From NCBI GenBank assembly GCA_973895155.1, contig OZ316894.1, forward strand, positions 4,922,944 through 4,986,943: a DNA stretch of 64,000 nt, given 5' to 3'. The position numbers and the translations under genes are program-made. This document shows positions 22,250 through 34,779 of this stretch, piece by piece. The DNA comes from Marsupella aquatica. Its lineage: Eukaryota > Plantae > Marchantiophyta. Every line of letters begins with the position of its first letter. Positions within the stretch are counted from its first letter, which is position 1. The notes under the pieces are model-generated. The model searched no databases. It saw only the letters and a program-made list of their open reading frames with translations, and had not been told where the DNA came from.

Positions 22250-24150
22250 TGTGTGCCAAAAATGCCCCCCAAAAACGTTCAGTTCAGTGTGGCTCCAATT
22301 GTGCCCTGTTCAATTGTTGCTTCCGTTTCATTACTTAACATACTCTTTTGTTTGACAGCCGAGGGAGCCATTTACAACCAAGAAAATCGCAGAAAACGGT
22401 TTAAGACTGTGCGGGATGCAATTACTACTCTACCAATCCCGCGGCAGAACTACAAACGATATCACCAACCTTGACTATAGGGCGCAGTTGCAGCTCCCTG
22501 TGTTACATGGTCACTGAAATCTGCAGCGATCCATGAAGACATCCAATTGTAGTCAATTACCAAGAGATGTAGGAGGACCTCCGAGGGACGGAGCAAATTT
22601 GAGTGGAGAAATGAAGACATGAGGCTGCAAACAAAAACAATCTCAGCTTCATACTGATCTCACAGCTGATCTACTCAGGAGAGAACGATCAATTTGTACA
22701 AGAGACAAATAGATTCATAGCCAGCGTAGATAAATTTAAACTTTGCCGATACTGCGTAGAATTCTCACGCCTTGCCTCAAATCTTAGATACCCCAACCCT
22801 TGCCTATTTGGTGCTTTCCCAGTCCATTTTAAAAACAGCTGAGAGCCAGTGCAGATGCCATAGATCGCCCAAAGTGCTCACTGTATTTTAAGGGATAGAC
22901 TGCAAGACCTTCCATAGGCCCCTAGTGTCGACAAAACCTCTGGGAAAGACATCTCCCTTTGACACCAGAGAAGTTTTGAGGTATGTAAAGGGTTACAACG
23001 AGTAAAGAGCACCCTTGGAGTTCAACAATCCTCGGAAAATACTGCCTATCTTTGCTCGAATTTCAGCTCACTACATATTTGTAATTCAACCTATTTCTCT
23101 CAGCATTAGTAGGCAAATTGGAACTTCCAAAGTTGCATCGTCAACAAAATCAATTGAAAAAGAGATGGCTCAGAAACGATTATAATCCGGGTTGTCAATG
23201 ACAAGTTAGAGTAAACTTCCGGAAATTACGTGACATATTTATGAGCAAGAAATGGTATTGCAAGAAATGGGTTCAAGGACAATTCTTAAAGGAATAAGCT
23301 GACATCCTCATCAATTACTAAATGATAGAAATTCCTTGGACTAGATGCCGAAGGTACCGACAATTCAGAGCTTGGATAGAACCCTTTACTCGATAATGGG
23401 TTGGAAATCCGGCAGAGTTGGGGATTTCTGACCAGGCACGGGTACCCGGAATCTTTATAAGAGAGGACGTTTAAGGGAAATCTCGAGGACAATACCAACC
23501 ATACCCGCTGTTGGATTCACATTCGAGGATTTTGGAGCCACCGAGGTTGTCTAGTTCCTAATTCTCAAGGAAAGTGTTAGCTGCGTTCGGACCTAAGCCG
23601 CTTACCTGAAACAAACGCAATTGCTTCACCAAATAATTCTTTTTTTGGGTCTTGAAATGAGGAACAACATAGTAGACTATCCCCATCCCAACAGTGACAT
23701 ATATATTAGTTGTAAGGACCTTTCACTTCCAAGCTAATCACCTAGCCAACTGACCTAAGCCTGCTAGTTGCAAAATACTTTTCTGAGACCTAATCGTGAA
23801 CCAGATACTTCATAAAGAAAATAATAATAATGTCTCACTCTCAATAGAATTGAAATTATTTTTCTTCTATAGATAATCTATTTTCAACTCGAAATGGTGT
23901 TAAATGTAATATGTAGCCTAGTTAGATTTCTTTCTGCACACACTTACCCATGGTAGCCACATGACAACTTAACACTCCATTTCAAAGGACCTTGAGGTTG
24001 GAGTGTTTATGGAAGTTTGTGTGTTAGTCAAGGTGTGGGTGCAGATACATCTATGCCCCAAGCAATCATTTCCCCTTTCTTCTTCCTTTCACCAGATTAT
24101 ATGGCTAGGAAAATTTATGATTTTAATCCAACAGTCATTTTGAGTTCCCT
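22250..24150 (-). pseudogene. F-box/Kelch unit E: flanks and leader retained, CDS almost entirely deleted
   Basis: The 3' flank (22275-22382) joins a 14-nt CDS-like relic aatcgcagaaaacg (~22386-22399; cf. ~13972) and then the leader ggatgcaattacta. The region equivalent to ~16205-17045 is also missing. Confidence 0.8.
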
Positions 24151-25288
24151 CACCTTACTCACTGTGAGAAGGGCCCTACACTGTTGGGAAGACCCAAAAC
24201 GGGTTGCACCCTGCATATTGCCCCTGAGTACTTCAAATTGGGATCAAGTTTTGCCCAGGAATTTTCAATAAAGTCGCAACCAGGCACCCTTCATCACTCA
24301 CATTACGGATAACCTTATTCATGGTGACAACTACTCAAAATATTCTGTGAAAAGGAAAAAAGTAGAAAGCTGGAGAAAAGCAATATTGAACCATTTGGGA
24401 GATTGAAAATTTCAGTCACAAAAGCAAGCAAGGGAACTAACGGCCAGGTGACTCTTGCTTTATTGGGTTGCTTTTGCCTTTGGGACCCCGTCTCCCGTTG
24501 GCGTTTTTTTGTCTTTGGCATTGTTTTATACATTAGTCATTTTTTTATTAAAATGTAAAGTTTAGATCAAAATTGAGATTCTTTCGTTAGGGTTTCCACT
24601 CGTTGTCCCTATATTTTATTCACTATTCACCTTTTTATAGAAATCATTTTGGACCCCAATGAAAAGCTCCTTCCAAAATTCTTGGCAACATGGGCAGTCA
24701 CATCAGCACTATTGGTCACAAACAAGAAAAGATAGTTGTGCAAGAAGAAAGAAACCTAACAATTCTTGTTTAAAGCAAGGCAAACAAATAAAACTAGGAA
24801 TGAAATTAGACCCTGTAATAGTAAAAAGAATGAAAATAAAAAAGTAACACTTCAAATAAACAAACAAAGGGCCTCTGGTTGGCTGCTTTAGTGGGCTGCT
24901 TGTTTCCCCTGCCCGTGTGGTTTTTGCAGTCAACTTATATAAAAGAAAAACCATTGAACCTAGGAAATAAACCTGGCTTTTGATGGGTTGTGATTGGTAA
25001 ATCACTGTTTTTCAGTAAATGTTTGAATCCTCTATCAAATTCATTGGCAAATTTTTGAAATAGTAAAATGTTCACAAATTTGAAACCCTTCAAACTCTGT
25101 AAGATTTTGTGTGAGCTGTATGGATAGAGGAGCACCAAGAGAATGTAAGAAACCCTGCCGCTACTATGGACATAGGGAGGTAAGAAATCCTTCCCTATGT
25201 ATAGTATAGGGGCATAGTTACTATAGTTACATGAACAGTATGGACATAGAGATAACAAGGGAATGTTCTGGGTGGACTGTCATTGTGA

Positions 25289-25893
25289 TATAGGTACATC
25301 ATTCTAGTGCTTCATTATTTTAACTTATTGAAAAATATATAAAAACTAAGTTATACTATCATTTCTAAATTTATTAAAATACAAATTCTGCATAAGATAA
25401 TGGAAATATAAAATAACTATAAAACTTGCAATTATGAAGAGCATGTGAATTGAAGCCCCTTGAAAAATCTCAAACTCTGTATATATGCCCAGAGGAGGTT
25501 GTTGGTCATGGAAATGTCAGAATGATTCTATGTTAAATCTAATTAAGGTACAACTTTGGTTCAATACATCTATGTGATGCAGTGGTAGAGGAGTCCAGTT
25601 TGAACCTTGAGGTCACGAGTTCAAAGTTGTAATAGTTTTTCTTTTCCCTCCAATTAACGGCAGAGAAAAGGTGGCACAGAAATAAATAAACTTAAAGGGG
25701 TTCAATACATTTCTACATTGAAATAATAAATGGAATATATATATGGGGGGTTCAAGTAATTCTCACATAGAAAAAAATACAAGGAAGCCAGCCATGGGAG
25801 GCCCAAATTAAAATTAAAATAATCACCAAAACAAATTGGAGTTGGGAGACTGAAACAGTGATGTACCATACCATAAGGGGAAGTCGGAGAAAC
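25289..25893. mobile_element. 605-bp segment flanked by TTGTGA direct repeats, with asymmetric inverted repeats GGTACATCA/TGATGTACC
   Basis: Absent from the paralogous sequence at ~9312-9330 (actgtcattgtgaataatc). TTGTGA at 25283-25288 and 25894-25899. Inverted repeat at 25293-25301 and 25859-25867. Confidence 0.55.
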
Positions 25894-26411
25894 TTGTGAA
25901 TAATCTACTCTTTGTCTTCAATGAAATTGAATGTGTCCTAACTATCTTAAGACCAACTTCATTCCAAAATCCTCAGTCTGTGTTTTGTTGAGTGGCTCGT
26001 GAAAGTCTAGCTAGCGCGTGGTTCGAAAGAGCCACCAAATCACTTCAAAGGAAACAGTTTTGTTTATAACCCCCCGCAAGTGGGATACCCATACCAAACA
26101 AGCCCAGGGAATTCAGACCTTTAACTAATCCTCCACCTTATCTTTGTCCTCTTAACTCGATATTCAAAGTAATTTCATCATGCATCTTTTCATCAATCCA
26201 ACTTGTTGAATAAATTCAAGCTTACATAACCAAGGTGTTTTTTGTACTAATTGGCTGAATATGATATTATAGTGTTTGATTTGATAAAAGCCCCTCATAA
26301 CTAGGCTAAAACACTCACTTTGGGGGGCAATATAATACACCATCTCCTTGAAAGGTGAGCTCCACTTTCATTTATCTAGGAGCTGGAGGGAAGGGGGATT
26401 TTTATATGGGG

Positions 26412-27172
26412 ATTTTTGAAGTTGCTATATTGTTATTTTTGACACTGCTATATTGCTATTTTTGACACTGCTATATGGTGAATCCAACTCTCATGTTTTG
26501 TCTTATTCATATTTGTGTATCATGAATTTTAATTTGAATGTACCTTAACAAGGGGCATCCTTTGTATCACATAGACTTTTAATTCATTTTTGGACCCCTT
26601 TAAAGTTTTGGTATCCTATAGTATTTTGAATTTATTTTGGCAGCCCCCTTAATTTTTAAACTTTGTTAAGTCATAGAGAGAAACTAAGGGCTTCATTTTC
26701 TAGCACTTTTAAGTATACTCATGAGTGAGAGGAATGATTCTACATAATGGTGAATTCTCCTTTCACATTTTGTGTTATTCAGATTTTGTGTCATGTATTT
26801 TTATTTTAATGTGCCTTATCAAGTGGCAGCCTTTGTATGATGTGCATTTTTAATTAATTTTTGGACCCCATTACTTCTAGGGGTTCTAGAGTATTTTGAA
26901 CTTAATGATTATGAATAACATGGACACATAGTGCCTTAAGTTCCCCTCATGTCTTTCTTTCCTAAATTTATGGTTTTTATTGAAATGGGTGTCATTCAAA
27001 GGCACATCCTAGCATCCTGTGTCATAAAAATTGTACTTTCATTGGTCACTGTGCTTTCTTGGTAGGCACTTTAGTGACATTATTTTATCCTTCTAGTTAT
27101 GCTCTCATTTTTATTACTGTCAGATCACTACAAGACAAAGAATCAAGCATGTTCCAGAATGAGCATGCTATA
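26412..27172. mobile_element. 761-bp AT-rich insertion with 8-bp flanking direct repeat ATATGGGG, no TIR
   Basis: Empty site at ~9821-9840 (atatggggcacaagtgtggt). ATATGGGG at 26404-26411 and 27173-27180. Internal ~150-bp duplication (26475/26747). Confidence 0.6.
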
Positions 27173-27960
27173 ATATGGGGCAGGATGAGCATGCTATAAT
27201 ATGGGGCAAGTGTGGTTTAGCGGTTTACAGGGCTGTGTGTGCCATAGTGCCCCAAAAAACGTTCAGTTCAGTGCGGCTCCAAGAGGTCCAGTTCATTTGT
27301 TGCTTCCGTTTCATTAACAAACTCTTTTGCTGGGAGCCATTTAAACCCAACAAAGATGCTTGTCAACCATTCAACTACCAGTTTAGGAATGGGTCCCTCA
27401 AGAAAATTAGGACAGAAAAAGCAAGTAGCCACATTTTGAGTTCCTCCATTACGTCCATAGATACAACAATGCTCAAATTAAAAGATACAATAAAATCGAC
27501 AAATGTGACGGGAATATTCATCAAGAAAATCTAGTACAGAGAGCGCTTTATCGTCGTTCCGTGGTACAGAGTAATTCAGTACTTGCTACAATCCGAGCAG
27601 CAAAATCTCCAATGCAGATGGTACCTACTCCAATCATTGTTCGATCAAAAGTTGGAACGACCGACTAGGTCCCTGCAGAATTCCAGCTTATCAGTTCTCC
27701 CTGCGACTGAGAGAGGCGCTGCTTGAGAATGAACCTGAAAATTAAGGTGTGGGCTGCATCCTCAATTGAGACCCCCGTCCATCTACGTTGCAAAGTCGTT
27801 GTCTGAAAGCGAATGACATGCTCTAATGAGTTCTCTAAACAGCTATAGAGTCTAGAAATGATACTAGAAGGCTAGAAGCCAGGCTCTGCAAAAATCCCAA
27901 CTGAAAAAAATTGTCCTAAGGTACCATAAACGTACATTGGATCTCAGCCCAAGTGCCTAG

Positions 27961-29117
27961 TCAAAGCTGGATAAGATAGATACCAGAGTTTGTGACAGCA
28001 AGAGGCCAATCTGGGAAAGGAGGAGAGCATTGTGGTTCCTGCCAGGAAATTTCTTCGTTCCCACCACCGAAGCCGTTGCTCAGAATAACATAAGTACGTA
28101 TGGTTTCCCAGTTCCAGAGTCCCGTGTTAATCGAGTTCCTCTCCACCCAAATCACTGTTGCCAAAACCTCATCGTCCACAGCTTGAGCAGCATCCCATGC
28201 CAGCCAACCGTCGCGGAACTTTGGAATCGCAGAAAACGTATGTGAATGTACGTGGGTCCATGAATTTTTACCAATGTCATAGACACAAATACCATGTCTG
28301 TTAATTGAATACAACTTTCCTTTTGTTGAAAACAATTGCACCTCTCGACAATCCCTCTCAGAATATTCCACCACTCTCCACTCATTTTTGATTGGGTGAT
28401 AAATTCCAACCATGCAACAAGGCATCTGTCATAATCTCTAGAGTACTCAAACCCGTGAACGAGTAGCTCCTCTCCTACTTTTGTAACTTTACGATGATGA
28501 CCAACACGACGATAACTCGTGGACTTGATTGGAGACCAAATATTCTTCTCGGGGTCATACAATTGACAAAAATGTTCGTCCCTGCACCTGACTCCAAATG
28601 CATAAATCTTCCCATGGAGGACACCACATGCAGACGGCCACAGGAATGTTGTTGGAGGCGTTGCACACGGTTTCCATCCATCTTGGCTAGCCAAATCCAT
28701 GACATGTAAGAAGCGGTCCTCCAGAAAATATACTTTTGCATCAATTGTTACAAAGTGACAGTGTAAACCACCTCCGAGACCATAACGTTTCCTCAGAGGA
28801 AGCTCGTAACGAGAATTGTCTCACATGAGATAGAGAGCAAGCACGGGAATAGCGTCTATAAGATTATGCTTGACGAGGGCAAGCGTCTCTGTTGAGTTCG
28901 CGCGAACTCTGGCATTGTAGGCCTGGTGACTCCGAATGGCATGAAGCCAGACAGGACTCACTGTCGATAAGGTATAGAAAGTTCTCCAGGGCAACTTTGG
29001 AGTTATGTGGTCCAAGGTGATATCATTGGGAATCCCAGGCAAAAGTGGCTCACGAGGTGCATCTAACCTCATACGTGTGCTAGAACCTGCGCCTCCGGCC
29101 AGAATCACGGATTTCAT
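27961..29117 (-). pseudogene. F-box/Kelch copy F, recent duplicate of C, inactivated
   Basis: Near-identical to copy C over the full length, but GGA>TGA at 28821-28823 and a 1-bp deletion at ~28401 (gtgataaattcc vs gtgataaaattcc). Confidence 0.92.
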
Positions 29118-30425
29118 TTCCTACGCTGTCCAAACTAAGTTCTATCCCACCGAAAGCCTTCACCCTCTCTTAAAATTTCAACTTTGCAATCGCAACTGAA
29201 CCACAGGAGAAACACGCTGGAAAAGCTGCTCGGTTGTTTACGGTTTAGGGTTTTGTGAGGGATGCAATTACTAGTACGCAAATCCCACGGCAAAACTACA
29301 AACCATATCACCAACCTTGACTACATGGCGCTGCTGCAGCTCCCGCTATTACATGATCACTGGAATCTGCAGCAATCCATGAGGACATCCTATTTTTAGT
29401 CAATTACCAAGAGATGTAGGAGGACCTCCGAGGGACGGAGCAAATTTGAGTGACGAAATGAACACATGAGGCGCAAAAGGGGGACAGCTGCAAACACAAA
29501 CAGGTCCAGCTTGATACTTCTCACAGGTAATCTACTCAGGAGAGACCGATCATTGTCTGCAAGAGACAGATAGAGCCATAGCCAGCGTATGTAAAATTTA
29601 ACCTTTGCCAACACGGTGTAGAATATATCCTCACCCCTTGCCTCAAATCTGAGATACCCCACCCCTTGCCTATTGGGTGCTTTCGCAGTCCATCTGAGAG
29701 CCTGTGCAGATGCTACGGATTGCCCACAGTGCTCACTCTATTTTAAAAGATATATCGCAAGACCTTCCGAGCGCCCCGTGTGTCGACAAACTTCTGAGGA
29801 AGACATCTCCCTTTGACACCAGGGAAGTTTTCAGGTATGTACAAGGTAACAACGACTAAAGAGGCCCCTCGAGGTTCAAGAATCCCTTGAAAAAGACAGA
29901 GTGGAGAGAGGAGCGTCCTTCGTGCAGAGTTCGGAGCTCAGCAGAGCACGCAGCTATATAAGGAAGCGTAATCGAATTTGATATGAAATCAACTTGCGGG
30001 ATAGAGAGTGGAGGGCGAGGCTGAATGTTCGGGCATCCGGGGAGTTGTGGGCAGACACGAGTGGAGAGAGGAGCGTCCTTCGTGCAGATTTCGGAGCTTG
30101 GCAGAGTATGACAGCTATGTAAGGAAGCGTAATCGAATCCAATCTGGAAGCCTCGATTTGCTAAGAGCGGTGTTGCATCATTCCTCGAACGCGCTCTCGA
30201 CCCCTGTTCTGAATTGAAGGCACCTCAAGTTTATTTCTGTCTTCTCGCAACTTCATGAATTACTTCTTTTTTTGGGTCTTGAAATGAGGCACAACCTTCG
30301 TAGAGTCTCCTCATCTCAATAGTGACATACATTCTAGTTGTAAGAAACCCATTTCAGGTGAGCCCCCATGAGTCTAGAGGGACCGCACCAAGAGGGGTCC
30401 CAAAGGGGACAACCAGGGTACAAGT

Positions 30426-33400
30426 CAGGAAAATACTTGATGGGGCCCCTCTAATGAAAGATATTCCTGACTAGCCCCCAACTTTTCAAATATACTTAAT
30501 GGGCCCCTTGTGCCTATAACCCTTTCTCTGGACCTGTCATATTTAGTTTTCCCATTTTTTAATTGTAATGTACTATACAACTTTATAAGTCAGTCCACAA
30601 GATGTACTCTCTAGAAACAATTCAATGTACTTTTGTTTGTAAATACTTATAGAATTTATGTACTAAGTATTTAGCACTTCTGCCCATATTCACTTGTTTC
30701 ATGTTTTGAAATATTTCTACAAGGGAAGTAGTCCTTAAGGCACATGAGTTTTGCTCATTTTGGTTCTTTCTCTCAATTGTTTGGAATTATTCATAATTGA
30801 AAGCATTTCTCCAAAGCATAGTTTCACCTCAACTTTAGGAAGGTGAATTAAACCATGGACCCCATGTTCATCCAAGGAATGTGTGTATGATGAAGTGAAA
30901 TCAATTATCAGCAAGGCGATAACCAATGGTTTTGAGTCTCCCGATGGTATTGGTGTGTGCTCATCCCGGTGCTCATACAAAAGAAAACGCTCAAAAGATA
31001 CAAAAGATTGATCAAACAGAAGGTTGAATGTGGAGGAATTGAATGTTTTGACGGATTTTGCTTACACATGGGAGAAATCGTGTTTCTATCATTCTTGATT
31101 GATCGTTTGTGAGTTACATTGAACATTACCGCCACAACACAGACTGAAGGACAACACTCAACTGTTGGGCAAAAGAGCGCTTGTCGATTCGGTGGGAAGA
31201 ACACACAAAATGAACGAGCCATCACTTCACACGAAGAATTTGTAGGTTTTTTTATTTAAGAAAGCTATGGTGTGAGGGGGAGACCAACAATTGTTTCTTT
31301 GACATATAGGCTGCATTTGGCATCAACCTGTGTTCAAAGTGAGCTTCAATTGAAGACTAGAGGGATGCGAACAATTCAAGCAAGCATTGTGGACAAGCAA
31401 TGGCGACGTAATCAAAGAAATCAATTTGCAGCAGTTAAGTTTGTGTCGGTGACGAGATTGTGATAACTCTTAATCGAGAAAGGGTTTCCAATGAGCCTCA
31501 AATTAACAATTTTTTTGCTTTTCCAATGAGTGTGAGTATAAGAGATTTTGATCATGAGTTCATGAATTCTTTTAGCTTTCCAACATTGAGTCCGACATTG
31601 ACAAATTTCATATCGGATTTTGTAATGGTACTAAAGAGATCATGAGGTTTTCAATCTTTTTAGTTTTCTAATATGTGACATTGAGATTATTTGTCAAGAA
31701 TTAGAGAGATCAGGATTGAATTTCTTTAGCTTTCCAACGAACTTAACATTGATAGATTTTGTCAAGTACTAAGGAGATGATGAGTTTTTAATTTTACTCT
31801 AGTTTTCCAATGAGTGTGACATTGAGAGATTAATTTTTATCAAGAAAGTACTAAAGAGGTCAAGAGTTTCTTAATCTTGATCTTGAGTTTTCCAAGAATC
31901 AAACATTGACAGATTTTATCAAGTACTAATGGAGATTGATTATTTAGTTTTACAATGCAAATTAAGTCAAAGGGGTTTTAACTATGTACATTTCTATCGA
32001 TTGGTTTTTTCAAACTTGCAAACAATTAAATAATACAAATTTTTTGATATAAAATACTGATAGACAAACCTCAAAATGGTAACTTTATTTTAGAATGACA
32101 TCTCTTCTTTTGTATTTTGGTTTTTTTACGTTTCATATTTATGGCATGGCGCCCCAAAAATTACATTACTTTTGCCACAAACAGGAATGTGCATGCTTGT
32201 ATTGTTAAAAGTAGGATCATTCCTGTTTGTGGCTGGTTGTGGTGATGTGGCACAACCTTGTGACAGAGAATTTGCAAGAGACCTCTCATGGGGGTCCGTA
32301 ACCAATGGGTTTGGGTGCTATCTGGGTGGTGCCATTTTTTATAAGTTTTTTTTTGCAAATAACTCATGTGGCACTTAGACAATTCTTTGATACTATTTTT
32401 CCAAAACATGTTTGGAAATATTCACCTTAGACAGGAGTATTTCCTTGGTGTCATTTTTGTGATTTTTTAAAGATGTGAGCACCTAGGTAGAGTGTATCAT
32501 GCAATTTATGTAATGTCACTTAAACAACAATTTTAGTTCTTTAGCTTAGTACCCAAGGCATTGATTAAATTCACAAGGCATCAATTGAATTCATAAAAAT
32601 GAGCATATAGAATGCACATAGTAACAAGTGTTAAAGCTTTTAGTTGACCTTATAATCTTGAGCTCAATGTTGGTGCAACAACTACAAAATTAGCTATCAA
32701 AATCATATCGCAATTCACATCTCTATGCATACTCAAAGTGACACCAAAGTCTGCAAAGTTCAATTTTTGTAAGAGTATGTCAATTAATACTTTGTCTGTG
32801 TTTCATTTTTCAGGTTTGATTGAAGGATTCACAACAACCTGTCAAGTCACGTTGTTGCTTAGGGTTTACTGTAAATTTTGAGGTGACCTGCAGGGACTGA
32901 TTGTTGCAATGTGATTTCACTGCACGGAAACTTTTCTTGAAGCAATGGACAACGGTATGGATGCTCGGCCCTCACTGGACGATGGACAACTTGAATGATG
33001 CCTTGTGAATTCAATCAATGCCTTGTGTACTAAGCTAAAGAATTAAAATTGTTGTTTAAGTGATATTCCATAAATTGCCTGATATACTCTACCTAGGTGC
33101 TCACATCTTAAAAAAATCACAAACATGACACCAAGAAAATGCTCCCGTCTAAGGTGAATATTTCCAAACATGTTTTGGAACAATAGTATCAAAGAATTGT
33201 CTGAGTACCACATAGGTTATTTGCAAAAAACAACTTATGAAAAGTGGCACCACCCAGATAGCACCCAAATCCATTGGTTCACCTTCCTAAAGTTGAGGTG
33301 AAACTATGCTTTGGAGAAATGCTTTCAGTTATGAATAATTCAAAACAATTGAGAGAAAGAACAAAAAGAGCAAAACTTATGTGCCTTAAGGACTACTTCC

Positions 33401-33718
33401 CTTGTACAAATATTTCCAAACAAGAAACAAGTGAATATGGGCAGCAAATATGTGAGTAAGAAGTGCTAAATACTTAGTACATAAATTCTATAAGTATTTC
33501 CAAACAACAGTATATTGAAATTTTGCTTCTAGACAGTTCATCTTGTGGACTGACTTATAAAGTTGTATAGTACATTACAATTAAAAAATGGAAAAACTAA
33601 ATATGACAGGTCCAGAGAAAGGGTTACAGGCACAAGGGGCCCCATTAAGTATATTTGAAAAGTTGGGGGCTAGTCAGGAATATCTTTCATTAGAGGGGCC
33701 CCATTAAGTATTTTCCTG
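30426..33718. mobile_element. Non-autonomous Mutator-like (MULE)/foldback element with ~720-bp TIRs and a 10-bp TSD
   Basis: Starts CAGGAAAATACTT and ends AAGTATTTTCCTG. TSD GGGTACAAGT at 30416-30425 and 33719-33728. The right arm 32991-33718 pairs with 30426-30847 plus 32301-32590. Paralogous empty site near 17237-17255. Confidence 0.92.
30848..32300 (-). mobile_element. Family X copy 2, nested in the left MULE TIR
   Basis: Minus strand TACGGACCCC...GGGGTCCATGGTTTAA. The right TIR provides the empty site (ccattggttcacct, ~33271-33284). Terminal ~170 bp homologous to 2883-3050. Confidence 0.75.
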
Positions 33719-33796
33719 GGGTACAAGTAGATAATCATCATCTACTAAAACCCATCCCACCACCCTAGGCATATGCCCTCCACGCCCTTTTGTTGG

Positions 33797-34190
33797 CTGG
33801 ACATCTTTGTTTCCCCTTGGACATTTTTTACAAGCCTCAACATATTTCCTTCACCTTGATTTTGAATTACCTATATTTCTTTGCATTGCCCGGACATCTT
33901 TGTTTCCCCTTGGCATTTTTTACAAGCCTCAACATATTTCCTTCACCTTGACTTTGAATTGCCTATATTTCTTTGCATTGCCTGGACATCTTTGTTTCCC
34001 CTTGGCATTTTTTACAAGCCTCGACATATTTTACTCACCTTGACTTTGTCTTGGAATTTTATCCTTGCCTTTGTTTGCATCACCTTGACATCTTTCATAT
34101 TTTCCTCACCTTGACTTTGGCTTGACATTTTATCCTTGCCTCTGTTTGCATCACCTTGACATCTTTCACTCTCCTTGATATCTTTGCTCT
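33797..34190. repeat. ~91-bp tandem repeat x~2.6 decaying into shorter ccttgac-containing units
   Basis: ggacatctttgtttccccttgg at ~33799, ~33892 and ~33983. Confidence 0.85.
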
Positions 34191-34779
34191 TTTCAAACAA
34201 AAAAATCTCATCTCAACATCTTACTCACCATGACATTGCAACTCACGGACATTGGACTAGTGATTATATATTTAAGAGAATGAAGGCAGCCCTTAAGCCC
34301 TAGACTCTTGGCAGGAAAGGGGCTTTCTTGACACGGAAACGATGGGCACCAAAAATGTCCGCTGAAAGGAGGGCAGAGTTATGCAAGTTAGGGGAAATGG
34401 AAGTTGGATTGATTGAAAGAAAAGTGGAACCAAAATGTCAGCAAAAAGAGTCAAACGTGGATGGTGGGCTAAGCCAGGCCGAGGACACAATTCGGGTTAT
34501 CCAGTGGTAGGGGCAAGGAAGGGAGAGCCGGAAACCCGGAGGAGATGGGAGGAGATGGGATGCAGATGCAAGGGCAGTCAGGGCTGCTTCTAGTGCCAGT
34601 TGCATCTTCAAACAGGCCAGATGGGGCAGGCCTTCCAAGATACATCTCACACGGGGTTTACTCAAGAAAATACTACTACTGTAACCAAACTTCGAGACAT
34701 TGCAATGGGAGAATCTAGACAATGCACCCAGTGTTCTGAGAAACGCTTGTACCCACCATTCAGGAGGGTAAAAAACCTT

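Noticed and set aside
25575-25630. tRNA gene
   Set aside because: Only A/B-box-like motifs, with no complete cloverleaf. The same applies to ~17360-17410.
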